Shown here: positions 9,163 through 17,969 of the stretch, one piece after another
How the letters are laid out: each line of letters starts with the position of its first letter
Position numbering within the stretch: the stretch's first letter is position 1
DNA from: an uncultured Candidatus Sericytochromatia bacterium
GTDB taxonomy: Bacteria; Cyanobacteriota; Sericytochromatia; UBA7694
DNA: 44,315 nt
Assembly (NCBI GenBank): GCA_964598905.1
Contig: CAZRFI010000004.1
Span: 1 to 44,315, forward strand
Reading direction: 5' to 3'
The notes under the pieces: generated by a model
What the model was told of the DNA's origin: nothing
The model's database searches: none
The model's input: the letters and a program-made list of their open reading frames with translations, nothing else
Made by a program: the position numbers and the translations under genes

Positions 9163-10356
9163 ATGAAAATTCATGAACTGCTCTGCCAAGTGACCGAACC
9201 CGGCCAATTACTGACTTATTCTGAAATTTGCAAACGGGTCCTGGACCTGCAACCGGATGTAAAGCTTCGCAGTATTCTGCCTTCTGAACACATGCAGGGC
9301 AAGCAGAATATCTGTAAACTTTGTCATGATCAGCCCATATTTGAAAAATTAAGCCATGGTCTTTATCGGGTTTTGCCCCGTCTCCAAGCGATTCCTGTCT
9401 TGTCTATTCATGATAAATTGGCTCAAATTTTGGCCGAAAGTAGTTATCAGTACCTGAGCATTACCCAGATTCGTCAAGCGGCTCTGGTCCGTTTCCCGGA
9501 GACCCATGTACCCAGTATCATTCCGCTGGATCATACCTTGGGTGGTGCCTGCCGTCTGTGCCAGCCAAAGCCTTTGCTGGAACGCACAGAGCAAAGGGGG
9601 GTGTTTAGAGTTGTTCCCAGTACAGAACCCTCGCAGGCCTCAGATAGCCCTCTCTCGCTTGCCGTCGCTTTTCTTTATGATTATTTGAACCAGGGAAAAA
9701 CCGAAGACCTGTTTAAACCTTCTGCTCAATTACTTAAGATCATGGGGCAGATTCCTGATCTCAGCTCAAGCCAAATCGCTGTTTTAAAAACGGCATTACA
9801 TCAACGAGTGGCCATAGACATCAAGGAATTTGGCCATTTGCTTGAGTCAGAACTTTTACATGCCCGCTTGGCACTTCGGCTCTATGAGCAGGAGGGAATA
9901 GAGATCTCTCTCGCCCATTGGGCTGTTGAGGTCTGGGCCTTGGTTTTGGCTAAATTGAGTGCAACCCAGGTTTATTCAAGCTCCCCCTTTGTTCACTTGC
10001 AAGTGGCTGAACGCGATTTAAGTTGGCCCAGCCCTGTGATTGCAAGCTTAACGCTGAAATTTTTGACACCCGTTCCTTTGGATAGAAGGCTGATCTGGTT
10101 GAAAAAAAACAAACAGCGCATTGCCTTGCTGGTCGAGCCCGAGCAAGACTGTCTATTGGGGATTCGCATTGGCTTGAGATCATTCGTGCCTTCAACTTGG
10201 TCTCATTTCGCCATTTCTTCGCAGCAGATACAGCAGAATTTACCTTTGTCTGAACGTGAGAAACAGGCTTATACTTGGTTTCTCTGCGAAAACCAAGAAA
10301 ATCTTCTGCCATTTTTGGCTTGGTTGGATCAGTTCTGTGGAACAGATAAAGCTTAG
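9163..10356 (+). CDS. Hypothetical protein with two tandem N-terminal winged-helix-like modules
   Basis: ORF 9079..10356; internal ATGs at 9139 and 9163. Two repeated ~70-aa modules end in ...CKLC...GLYRVLP and ...CRLC...GVFRVVP. This resembles Mrr_N-type wHTH modules that end in G-x-Y/F-R-h (inference by eye). The C-terminal ~250 aa are unrecognised. Start codon uncertain. Confidence 0.6.
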   Translation: MKIHELLCQVTEPGQLLTYSEICKRVLDLQPDVKLRSILPSEHMQGKQNICKLCHDQPIFEKLSHGLYRVLPRLQAIPVLSIHDKLAQILAESSYQYLSITQIRQAALVRFPETHVPSIIPLDHTLGGACRLCQPKPLLERTEQRGVFRVVPSTEPSQASDSPLSLAVAFLYDYLNQGKTEDLFKPSAQLLKIMGQIPDLSSSQIAVLKTALHQRVAIDIKEFGHLLESELLHARLALRLYEQEGIEISLAHWAVEVWALVLAKLSATQVYSSSPFVHLQVAERDLSWPSPVIASLTLKFLTPVPLDRRLIWLKKNKQRIALLVEPEQDCLLGIRIGLRSFVPSTWSHFAISSQQIQQNLPLSEREKQAYTWFLCENQENLLPFLAWLDQFCGTDKA

Positions 10357-11949
10357 GGGCTAGAGTGCATATTTTCGGTATTGATGGGCGGATGAATTTC
10401 GAAATTCATGCGAATTCAATCTTTCTTTTTCCTGTTCTTCGGCAATTTGTAGCTGCAAATAGGCCAAAGCCTGATTGAAGTCTGTTTTTCGCTTCTGACT
10501 TTGAAACTGAGCCATTTTGTTGCAAGCCAATTCAATCAAGGCAATTGTTTGAGATGCAGACTCTTTTTCGTCCGGGGAGACCCACTCCAAAAGTATATTT
10601 TTCAGTTGGGGAAATGAACAGTGGCTGTATTGGGTAAAAACGGTTTCAAGCAGATGTAAGAGGGAATCACTTAAGGCGTTGAGCATTGTGGGGGGCAAAG
10701 CACAGTCAAGTACCTGTTGAAAATTAAGCGGATCTCTAAAGGCATTCAAAATAAATTCTAATTCAGGTGGAATCGTTGTTTCAAACACATCGGTATTTTC
10801 AGCTTGCGTTTGCTGAGTCGCCAGGAGTTTGGTTCCTGCAATTTTATCTTGCATCATGTCATTTTGACGCAGCATGGCGTTAAGCGGATCTGACGATACC
10901 TGTGACTTTAGATAGAGTGAAGCGCTGTCTCGTTTTTGTTTCCCTGTAAAGACATGGGCTTCTTGCCACATTTGTAGCCAGTTTTTCCCAGCCAGTCGTT
11001 TCAGCTCTTGGAGTAAGTTTTGAAAAGCTTCGGTCATCCTCTCTGCCAATTGCAAAGCTTGTTTTGCTCCCAATTTTTGAGTGTAGACATCTTTTAATTT
11101 ATTTAAAAAAACATTTTTAGGGGCATCAGCCAAAAACATGAGCTTGCGCATATTTTCAGGTTCTAATGCAAAACTGGCAGCCTGTTCTTGTTCGGCTGTT
11201 TCGCAAAAAGCGTATAAATCTGCTTTTTTATTGGGTAGTGATTTTACAAACAGCTTTTTTTCTTGCTCTTTTTTTTCTGCCTTCAGAGTATCGGGAACAA
11301 TCATCGTATTGCTCTCTTTGTTTTTAGCAATTTCCCAGGCAGCTTTGTCTTTTTGCCATTGCTCTCGCTTGAGCTGATAGCTGTGGCTCAATTCACCGGC
11401 GGGGTTGCCAAATACAATTTCGCGGTGAATAATGACACTTCGTTTGAGTAATTGAAGACTCTTGATTCCTTTAAAGGGAGCTAAAAAGTCTTGAATCACT
11501 TCTTCTTTGATTGGGACTGTAATGCTGGTTTTTTTCTGGGTTACAGGATCAATATCGGCATAGGCCACAATCGGTTTGGGTGTATTGGTAAAAGCCAAGA
11601 GAATCAAGACCAGCGCTTTTTCAATCTCCATTCCGGTCAATTTGGGTGGACGCCCTTTGATATGTTTGGCAGCAATGGCACCCATGACAAATTTGTAATT
11701 GGTATTACCCTCTATACCCAAATCTAGAAGCTTAAAATAGGCTGCAACAAGCTCTTCCTCGTGATGTATTTCTTTGTAGAGTTCATTTAAAGAACGGTAA
11801 GCCAGTTCTTTTTTTCCTGAACGGATAGCAGCTACCAGTGTATTGACATAGTGTTGGTGTTGTTTTTTAAGTTCAATGGTCGGCCCTTTGCCTTCAAGCA
11901 CCTCCATCAAGGTGAGAGAGAGTGCTTCGCGTGTGGTTGTTGTGAGTTC
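10340..11949. repeat. 1,610-bp perfect direct repeat, copy 1
   Basis: Offset to copy 2 is exactly 10,315 nt. Boundaries were read directly: identity begins at 'gaacagataaagcttagggg' and ends at 'tgtgagttc'. The encoded proteins and all shadow ORFs in the track are identical between copies. Confidence 0.95.
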
Positions 11950-11970
11950 GGGGGCGGTTAGCTGGCTCAC
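10360..11970 (-). CDS. Hypothetical 536-aa protein (duplicated gene, copy 1)
   Basis: Long ORF with ATG at 11970 and GAGG 8 nt upstream. No catalytic or family motif recognised. Identical to 20675..22279 from residue ~8 (PELTTTT...) to the stop codon. Confidence 0.7.
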   Translation of the reverse strand: MSQLTAPELTTTTREALSLTLMEVLEGKGPTIELKKQHQHYVNTLVAAIRSGKKELAYRSLNELYKEIHHEEELVAAYFKLLDLGIEGNTNYKFVMGAIAAKHIKGRPPKLTGMEIEKALVLILLAFTNTPKPIVAYADIDPVTQKKTSITVPIKEEVIQDFLAPFKGIKSLQLLKRSVIIHREIVFGNPAGELSHSYQLKREQWQKDKAAWEIAKNKESNTMIVPDTLKAEKKEQEKKLFVKSLPNKKADLYAFCETAEQEQAASFALEPENMRKLMFLADAPKNVFLNKLKDVYTQKLGAKQALQLAERMTEAFQNLLQELKRLAGKNWLQMWQEAHVFTGKQKRDSASLYLKSQVSSDPLNAMLRQNDMMQDKIAGTKLLATQQTQAENTDVFETTIPPELEFILNAFRDPLNFQQVLDCALPPTMLNALSDSLLHLLETVFTQYSHCSFPQLKNILLEWVSPDEKESASQTIALIELACNKMAQFQSQKRKTDFNQALAYLQLQIAEEQEKERLNSHEFRNSSAHQYRKYAL

Positions 11971-12306
11971 ATTTGACCTCGGTTTCGATTATCTTGTCAG
12001 CAGGGAAAGAGCAAAGCGGCTCAGAAAATGTTTATGCTTGGGATTTCATCAAAGCTGAATTAACGAATGAAAAAGACTTTATGTGTAAGATATTTAACAT
12101 ACAAATGAAAGAGAATCTGCTTAATTAACAGGTGGGCTCTTAAGAAACTTGCTAATTTCAGAGAGTTCAAGACTTGTCTTTTGAGAAGACAAGGTTTAAG
12201 GTAACGGATAAGGCTAGTAGGTTGTTTGTGTTGGGAGTTGTCATGGTCTGATTTTCATTCACACAAATTGATACTGATTTCATTAGAGTTAGAGGATTTT
12301 GCTGAC

Positions 12307-13743
12307 ATGCCAGACATTTATTATTTTGGTAGATACGATCAACGACCTTTTTGTTGGGTTTGTCGTACGCCCCCTTTTGACAAACCTTACTTTTTACAAA
12401 ATGAAAGGGATTTGGGGTTGGATTCGGAAAACCAAGTGCTGCTGAAATGCTTGCTTGAAGCTTTTCCAGAGCGCCCGACTCTCTCAGCAGTACAATCGGC
12501 TTTAAGCAGTATCAATCTAGGACCTAGCCAACTTTCCCAGAAAAAAAATTATTTGATCAATCGGTTTGATCGCGCTTTGCAAAAAATTTTAGGTTTAACA
12601 CCTCCTGGACTGGAGTTTTTCCAAGCCGGTGACCGCCGATTGATAGAATTTACACGTAGTCAACCACCTCAATTCATACCTGATATTCTGCAATTTTCTT
12701 TTGTACCACAGGACAGTTCTGAAAAGGCTCTTTTACACTTTTATCTCTTGCGTTTAGGACAATTACGATCAGCCAGTCGCTTGCTTGAGCGTTTAAATCA
12801 AGAAGTCTCTAAAGAACTTTGTCAAATTATTGAAAATGCACAACGCTTGCAGCTAATAAGTTATTTGGCAGAATTACGGCTTGAAAAGCTTAACTCCAGC
12901 CAGATACAATGTTTACTACTTTGGTTGCATGCCCTTCTTATGGATTCTGACTCGGTGTATTCTTCAGCTGGTCTCTTTCTGCGAAAGGAGATAGAACTCC
13001 TACATAAGAACATCTTAGAACACTTTTTTCATCAAAATCCACATCTGCTCTATGTTAAAACTCAAGTGCTTGTGGAAAATCCCCATTTATCCCCGCAGCA
13101 ATTGCTTCTGAAACAAACCAAAAAGCTAGCAGAATTAGAAAGAATTGAATATCAATCATTTTCTTTGAATCGTGAAAACAATCATGTTTCTTTGAGGAAA
13201 AAATTTTCATTAAACTACCTTGACCAGCCTTGTTCTGAGCCTGATTGGAATTATTGGTTGATTACTCCTCAAGAGATTTGTGAGATTGAACGACAGGCCC
13301 ATACTGTTTGGATTCTCACTTCTCATTTTATGTTTGATAATAATTTGCCATGGATCACATTTCTTGAAATGTACTGTGAAAATTTGCGCAATAATACCCG
13401 TTATGTCTATTTTTATCCCCCTGAAATTGAACATCATGCTATCTGCCTACGTGAACGCTGCTACTTTCAATTTGCGCACAATGTCCCATTGCTTATAGCC
13501 GTACCTGAATTAACTTCTATTTTTCGCTTCCAGGCTACAGAAATGGCTTTGTATGACCCCGAAGATCCTGATTCTCCATGGCATCAGGGCTATGAGTTGG
13601 ATATTTTTGACAGCCTCTCAGATTATCATCTTCCCAATGATAGTTTTCCTACTGTACACCAACGTATTCCCCCTAAACGTTTGGGGCAGATGATTCAGTG
13701 GTGTCAAGCGCATATTTACCAATTTCAAAACAACCATGTCTGA
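12307..13743 (+). CDS. Hypothetical ~478-aa protein
   Basis: ORF 12226..13743 (TTG); first ATG at 12307. The 3' end overlaps the next gene (ATGTCTGA at 13736-13743), which suggests translational coupling. Contains a CWVC motif near the N-terminus, a helical middle region, and a C-terminal alpha/beta-looking region (VWILTSHFMFD...YVYFYP). No family recognised. Confidence 0.6.
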   Translation: MPDIYYFGRYDQRPFCWVCRTPPFDKPYFLQNERDLGLDSENQVLLKCLLEAFPERPTLSAVQSALSSINLGPSQLSQKKNYLINRFDRALQKILGLTPPGLEFFQAGDRRLIEFTRSQPPQFIPDILQFSFVPQDSSEKALLHFYLLRLGQLRSASRLLERLNQEVSKELCQIIENAQRLQLISYLAELRLEKLNSSQIQCLLLWLHALLMDSDSVYSSAGLFLRKEIELLHKNILEHFFHQNPHLLYVKTQVLVENPHLSPQQLLLKQTKKLAELERIEYQSFSLNRENNHVSLRKKFSLNYLDQPCSEPDWNYWLITPQEICEIERQAHTVWILTSHFMFDNNLPWITFLEMYCENLRNNTRYVYFYPPEIEHHAICLRERCYFQFAHNVPLLIAVPELTSIFRFQATEMALYDPEDPDSPWHQGYELDIFDSLSDYHLPNDSFPTVHQRIPPKRLGQMIQWCQAHIYQFQNNHV

Positions 13744-14998
13744 ACCTTTTTCTTTTAAAAATATCAAATCCAGAGAACTCCGCGCATTGTTAGAAGCCAA
13801 TAATATTACTTTTAATGTTTGTTTTATTGTGGCTTTTGTTTATACTCTGAATTTCGGATTAGCAGCCCTGTGGTTGCCATTGTCTTTTGTTGTGAGTATG
13901 TTATTCTATGCATATTATTTTTTGCCCAAACAGATATCCGCTATTAAAATGACGGGAAATCTCCCCAATTGGCTGGGGGAAGGTTTAAATCCTTGGATTA
14001 AGAATCTTATTCTCTTTTATATACTCTCGAATTTTACTGCTTATGGGGCTCTTGAACTTCAGGGTTTTCGCTGGTTTTCCCAATCGGTGACTCATTCTCA
14101 AGTCATAACTGAAAGCCTTATTTTCTTAATGCTGGGAGGAATGTTATTTTATCTTTGGTTTCAGGGGTTACAAGGTAGTGTGCGCTCGGACCGTTGGCAA
14201 CTTTGGATGATTTATTCAGGGGTTACTATTCTCTGGATCTTTGGAATAAGCGAGTTGTGGGGCCAACCCCTGAATCACTTTTTTCCAGGCACTTTTTTTG
14301 ATCATCCTGTCTTGGCGTTGCAAATGTTGATTGGTTTTAGTTGTGTTCAATTGCTATATGCTGAAAATTGGATGCGACTCCATGCTTTTTATAAGAGTTA
14401 TTCTCAGATAAATACATTAAAAGTATTGCAACAGGCTTTTATAAGAGCTGCTGTAGGTAATCTGTGGATTCTTTCGACACCTATTTTACTTGGTTTACTT
14501 GCGAGGCAATTCATAGGGCAAACAGATCCTTTACAAAGTTTTATTGAAACTTTGAATCTCTTGAGTCAAAAAACCTGGGGCCCAGGCTTTTGGGTTTTAA
14601 TCTTCGCTATGTCCATGGCTGCTATTATTTCAACAATGGATACTTTTGCAATGGCTTGGTCTGCCTGTTTTCGGTTGAATTGGCGAAATAATTTATTACT
14701 TTATCTGTGCTCTTGTTATATTTTTTCTTTTATTCCTCTTTCTCTCAATGATTTTTATATATTGGTTTCTTTTTTGTTAAACAGTTTGGCTGGACCTATT
14801 CTTTGGCGCATTCATTACCAGCAAAACTACCCTCCAAAACGTTTTGCTTGGATTGCGATTTTGACTATCGTTCTAATTCTCATTTACCTCCCATTGGGTT
14901 TGGTCGATTGGCTAGGGTGTAGTCTTTTATTGATTTCTTTGCTGATTAGTATTCCGAAGAATAGACCTGTTGCGACCGGATTGACCAGCGACAATTAA
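13736..14998 (+). CDS. Polytopic inner-membrane protein (about 12 predicted TM segments)
   Basis: 420-aa ORF with about 12 hydrophobic 20-aa stretches. AIISTMDTFAMAW weakly recalls the solute:sodium symporter 'STADS' region (low confidence). Start overlaps the upstream gene. Confidence 0.75.
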   Translation: MSEPFSFKNIKSRELRALLEANNITFNVCFIVAFVYTLNFGLAALWLPLSFVVSMLFYAYYFLPKQISAIKMTGNLPNWLGEGLNPWIKNLILFYILSNFTAYGALELQGFRWFSQSVTHSQVITESLIFLMLGGMLFYLWFQGLQGSVRSDRWQLWMIYSGVTILWIFGISELWGQPLNHFFPGTFFDHPVLALQMLIGFSCVQLLYAENWMRLHAFYKSYSQINTLKVLQQAFIRAAVGNLWILSTPILLGLLARQFIGQTDPLQSFIETLNLLSQKTWGPGFWVLIFAMSMAAIISTMDTFAMAWSACFRLNWRNNLLLYLCSCYIFSFIPLSLNDFYILVSFLLNSLAGPILWRIHYQQNYPPKRFAWIAILTIVLILIYLPLGLVDWLGCSLLLISLLISIPKNRPVATGLTSDN

Positions 14999-15123
14999 AC
15001 GGTACAGAGTATTATCTGATAGGTTCAGAAATAAAAAAATGACCTCTATAACGACTTTTTGAAGATATGCGCTGGATTATGGCGCTTCTATCAGCTCAAC
15101 TAAACCGTCGCAACAGGTCTATT
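14961..15123. repeat. 17-bp perfect inverted repeat (AATAGACCTGTTGCGAC at 14961-14977 / GTCGCAACAGGTCTATT at 15107-15123) spanning a convergent gene junction
   Basis: Read directly. The left arm lies inside the last codons of the 420-aa CDS. The right arm lies just past the stop of the FGE-domain gene. Confidence 0.9.
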
Positions 15124-15127
15124 TTTA

Positions 15128-16234
15128 TCATGGTTTGTGAACCAAGCGAAAACCTCTAAATTTATCCGCATAAAATGGCTGTTCAGCTTTCCTATGGCCA
15201 GAGTGCGCATAATAAGCATTACTCCTCGCGTTCCCGCCGCGAATAATGCGATACTTTCCTTGAGAAGGCCCTAAGGGATTGGTTTGAGGTTCAGCTGAAT
15301 AAGTTCCTGCCCAATCCTGCACCCATTCTTCAACATTTCCATGCATATCATAAATCCCCCAGATATTGGGCTCCTTACTCGCAACTGGAGCAGTGAAAGT
15401 GGGTATTGTATTTTCTGTGTAAAGTCCTTCCTCCTTAAAAAACCCCATAGTAAATGGACATTTTTGCGCTCCATCAGGGTATTTGTACTCCGTAAAATCT
15501 CCGCAAGCGTAAGCTTTTGTAGAGCCCGCACGTGCGGCATATTCCCACTCTGCTTCTGTTAGCAGACGATAGGTACCTTCCCCTCGTTCATTTAAGCGTT
15601 TTAAAAAACTATCTTTGTAACCTTTACACGATACCGTTTTATCTGGGCCAAACTGTTCGCCAACAATATCACACCAACTCACGCCTCGTACAGGATAGTT
15701 ATCTCCGTGCCCTAGTGAATTTTCATCTATTGGTTTGGGGTGTTCTTTTCCCATGACTTCTTTCCACTGTTTTTGCGTGACTTCAGTTGTTTGAATTTGA
15801 AAACTTGATAATGTAACTTGATGTTTGGGGTAGGCAATCTGACCACCGTAAAATTTACTTTCAGCCTGATCTATCCCCATCGTAAAGCTCCCAGCAGGCA
15901 AGCTGACAAAGCTCATTCCCAAAGAGTTTGTGAACTTTGTGTTTGCTGGGGAAGGTGAATTTAATTCGCCTGTTTTATCAAGCTGACGAGACTCTGCTCT
16001 GGAATCATCTATTGGTGGGTTTGGGCCAGAAGAAGGCACCGGTTGGTCTAAACTCCCAGTAACAGGTGCCTTTGGCTGCGAGACTTGGGGAGAACTAACA
16101 GTTTCATGGGGTGAATTCACCAGCGTTTGGTCGCTATTTGGTCCCAAAGATGTGCTACAAGCACTCAACAATAAATACGTAACGAGAGCCGTTCCTGTTA
16201 AGGCTTTGCCCGAAATATGCAGGTGCTTATTCAT
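15128..16234 (-). CDS. Lipoprotein with a formylglycine-generating-enzyme (FGE-sulfatase/SUMF1) family domain
   Basis: Signal peptide plus lipobox (LLLSAC). Family motifs seen: FVSLPAGSFTMG, YPKHQVTLSSFQI..TEVTQKQW, YPVRGVSW, YRLLTEAEWEYAARAG, GIYDMHGNVEEW, IIRGG...FRGFRLV. Confidence 0.9.
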   Translation of the reverse strand: MNKHLHISGKALTGTALVTYLLLSACSTSLGPNSDQTLVNSPHETVSSPQVSQPKAPVTGSLDQPVPSSGPNPPIDDSRAESRQLDKTGELNSPSPANTKFTNSLGMSFVSLPAGSFTMGIDQAESKFYGGQIAYPKHQVTLSSFQIQTTEVTQKQWKEVMGKEHPKPIDENSLGHGDNYPVRGVSWCDIVGEQFGPDKTVSCKGYKDSFLKRLNERGEGTYRLLTEAEWEYAARAGSTKAYACGDFTEYKYPDGAQKCPFTMGFFKEEGLYTENTIPTFTAPVASKEPNIWGIYDMHGNVEEWVQDWAGTYSAEPQTNPLGPSQGKYRIIRGGNARSNAYYAHSGHRKAEQPFYADKFRGFRLVHKP

Positions 16235-16304
16235 TGATTCATTTACTCCATAGGTGTCTCCAGTATGACTGGGTTTGAGAGCCCTGTAGCAACAGGGCTA
16301 AATA

Positions 16305-17936
16305 TCAAGTGGCTGTGCCAGACACGATATTGCCAGGAGTACTAATGGCATTTCCGGCTGGATCAACCACTGTATTCTCAAGCTTGACTGCCACAACATC
16401 GCCTGGTTTGTAAAGATCTGTATTTGCAGTGGGAGGAAGCAAGAGTACGGTTTTGTGGGTCGGATCACTGGTATCAAAGACAGCGCCCCCTCCCAAACTT
16501 GCCCAAGTGACTTCGTTCAGAATTACGCCACCCGCTCGCGTCACTGTGACGATATAGTTGGCTGCTGCTGCATTACTTGTGGTCAGACCGAAACCACCAG
16601 CAACGGCCTGTGAAAAATTTCCATCCATGCCTCCGGCAATGACTGGACCTAGCGTGTAGTGTGCCATGCGCTCACTGAAGCGTACTTTAATTGCATCGCC
16701 AGAATACCCTCCATTTTCCTTGGTGTCAGCAATGATACTGGTGATAGAGGGCTTGATCTCATCACTGCGAACTTTGAACTTATAACTGTTTGTAAAATCC
16801 ATGTCCGTAAGTTTAAATTTTTTCTCGTTTGCTCCACGGGAGATTCCCGATTTGTCTTTGATGATCCCGTCGTCACGACTTAAACTGACTTGATAATCCG
16901 GTATTCTGGAAGCGTCTCGGTCTGTTGGCAGTCCTCGCTCATTATTGAAAAGGAATGTTGCTTCAGTATCGTCGTTATTCCAAATAATATGGAAGGCTGC
17001 TTTGTCCCAGATACGCGTACCCGTCAAAAGCTCACTGTCACCAGAACCTGTTAGTGTCTGTGAGGCAGAGCCGAGATCTACACTTAGTTTTTTGCTGCTG
17101 AAGGTGCGGATTTCGAAGTTATTTCTGACAGTCTCGCGATCTATGGGCTCAGAAAATTTGAGCTTGAGCGCGAAATAGGCTTGGGGATCCGTATTTCCAT
17201 TGTAATACTCAAGATCTGCTCCCCCATTAGGGGGGACATCGGATGCATTCGCTTCAGGAACCACTGAAATGACTTCGGGCTTGTCGCTAATGGCGTTATA
17301 ATCAACCCCAAAATTGGTGTTGCTGCCGTTGGTGCCGAAATCAAATCGATTAATGTTGGGATCTGCGCTTTTATTTGATTTGAGCACTTCTGTACGGTGA
17401 CGTATGACATGACCAGACTTTGTTACAACGATTTCGATCTGAACACCTGAAGGCGCGTTGTTGAACGTGAAGGTGCCACCGGCAGTCACAGTTTCAGCTT
17501 GAAAGGGGGTATTGCTGTTAAGCGATTTGACTTTTACAGAAGCCCCATCAAGGGGAATATGGGCATCGCCAAAAACTGTGCCCTGAAAAGTCGTTTTTCC
17601 GACAACCAAGATGTCTGCCGTTGCAATGGGCAGAGGTATGGGGGTTGGTGCATTTGTGATTTCGGATGTCGGTGTTGGAACTGGACTGGGTGTGGCGGTG
17701 AAAACTGCGGTTGGTGCTGGATAAGGAGTGGCTGTGGGAATGGCTGTGGGAGCCTCTGTAGGAATGACACTGGGAAGTGGCGATGAAGAAGGCATAAGCT
17801 GTGGTGTTGGTGTAGGAACCACCTCCAAAGGGCTTACCAATGGTACAGGAGAGGGCTGGGGCGTTGTCGTAACATTCATCGGTGTACAAGCACTTAATGC
17901 CGTTAAACAAGCCAGGGGTGAGATTTTTTTGAACAT
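16305..17936 (-). CDS. Surface lipoprotein: P/T-rich linker, carboxypeptidase-regulatory-like domain, SbsA-Ig/Big_5-like domains
   Basis: Lipobox LTALSAC; PT-rich linker; 'GTVFGDAHIPLDGASVKVKS...GGTFTFNN' (CarboxypepD_reg-like); 'LKFSEPIDRETVRNNF' and 'VRFSERMAHYT' (SbsA_Ig-like). Paralog of 17970..19910 and 24653..26673. Confidence 0.85.
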   Translation of the reverse strand: MFKKISPLACLTALSACTPMNVTTTPQPSPVPLVSPLEVVPTPTPQLMPSSSPLPSVIPTEAPTAIPTATPYPAPTAVFTATPSPVPTPTSEITNAPTPIPLPIATADILVVGKTTFQGTVFGDAHIPLDGASVKVKSLNSNTPFQAETVTAGGTFTFNNAPSGVQIEIVVTKSGHVIRHRTEVLKSNKSADPNINRFDFGTNGSNTNFGVDYNAISDKPEVISVVPEANASDVPPNGGADLEYYNGNTDPQAYFALKLKFSEPIDRETVRNNFEIRTFSSKKLSVDLGSASQTLTGSGDSELLTGTRIWDKAAFHIIWNNDDTEATFLFNNERGLPTDRDASRIPDYQVSLSRDDGIIKDKSGISRGANEKKFKLTDMDFTNSYKFKVRSDEIKPSITSIIADTKENGGYSGDAIKVRFSERMAHYTLGPVIAGGMDGNFSQAVAGGFGLTTSNAAAANYIVTVTRAGGVILNEVTWASLGGGAVFDTSDPTHKTVLLLPPTANTDLYKPGDVVAVKLENTVVDPAGNAISTPGNIVSGTAT

Positions 17937-17969
17937 TTTAATTTACCATATCTTCTAATTTTAAAAACA

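Noticed and set aside
10340-11949. The 1.6-kb repeats as insertion-sequence copies forming a composite transposon.
   Set aside because: I could not see terminal inverted repeats at the repeat ends, target-site duplications, or any DDE, HUH, serine or tyrosine recombinase motifs in the 536-aa product. One boundary falls inside the gene's own 5' codons. A segmental duplication or gene conversion is the more economical explanation, although profile searches are still needed.
15128-15260. Possible diversity-generating retroelement target. FGE-sulfatase/C-type-lectin-fold C-termini (RGG...GFRL) are classic DGR variable regions.
   Set aside because: No reverse transcriptase gene, no template-repeat copy of the 3' end of the gene, and no IMH-like GC hairpin are visible in the window. 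The C-terminal sequence looks like an ordinary FGE-family terminus.
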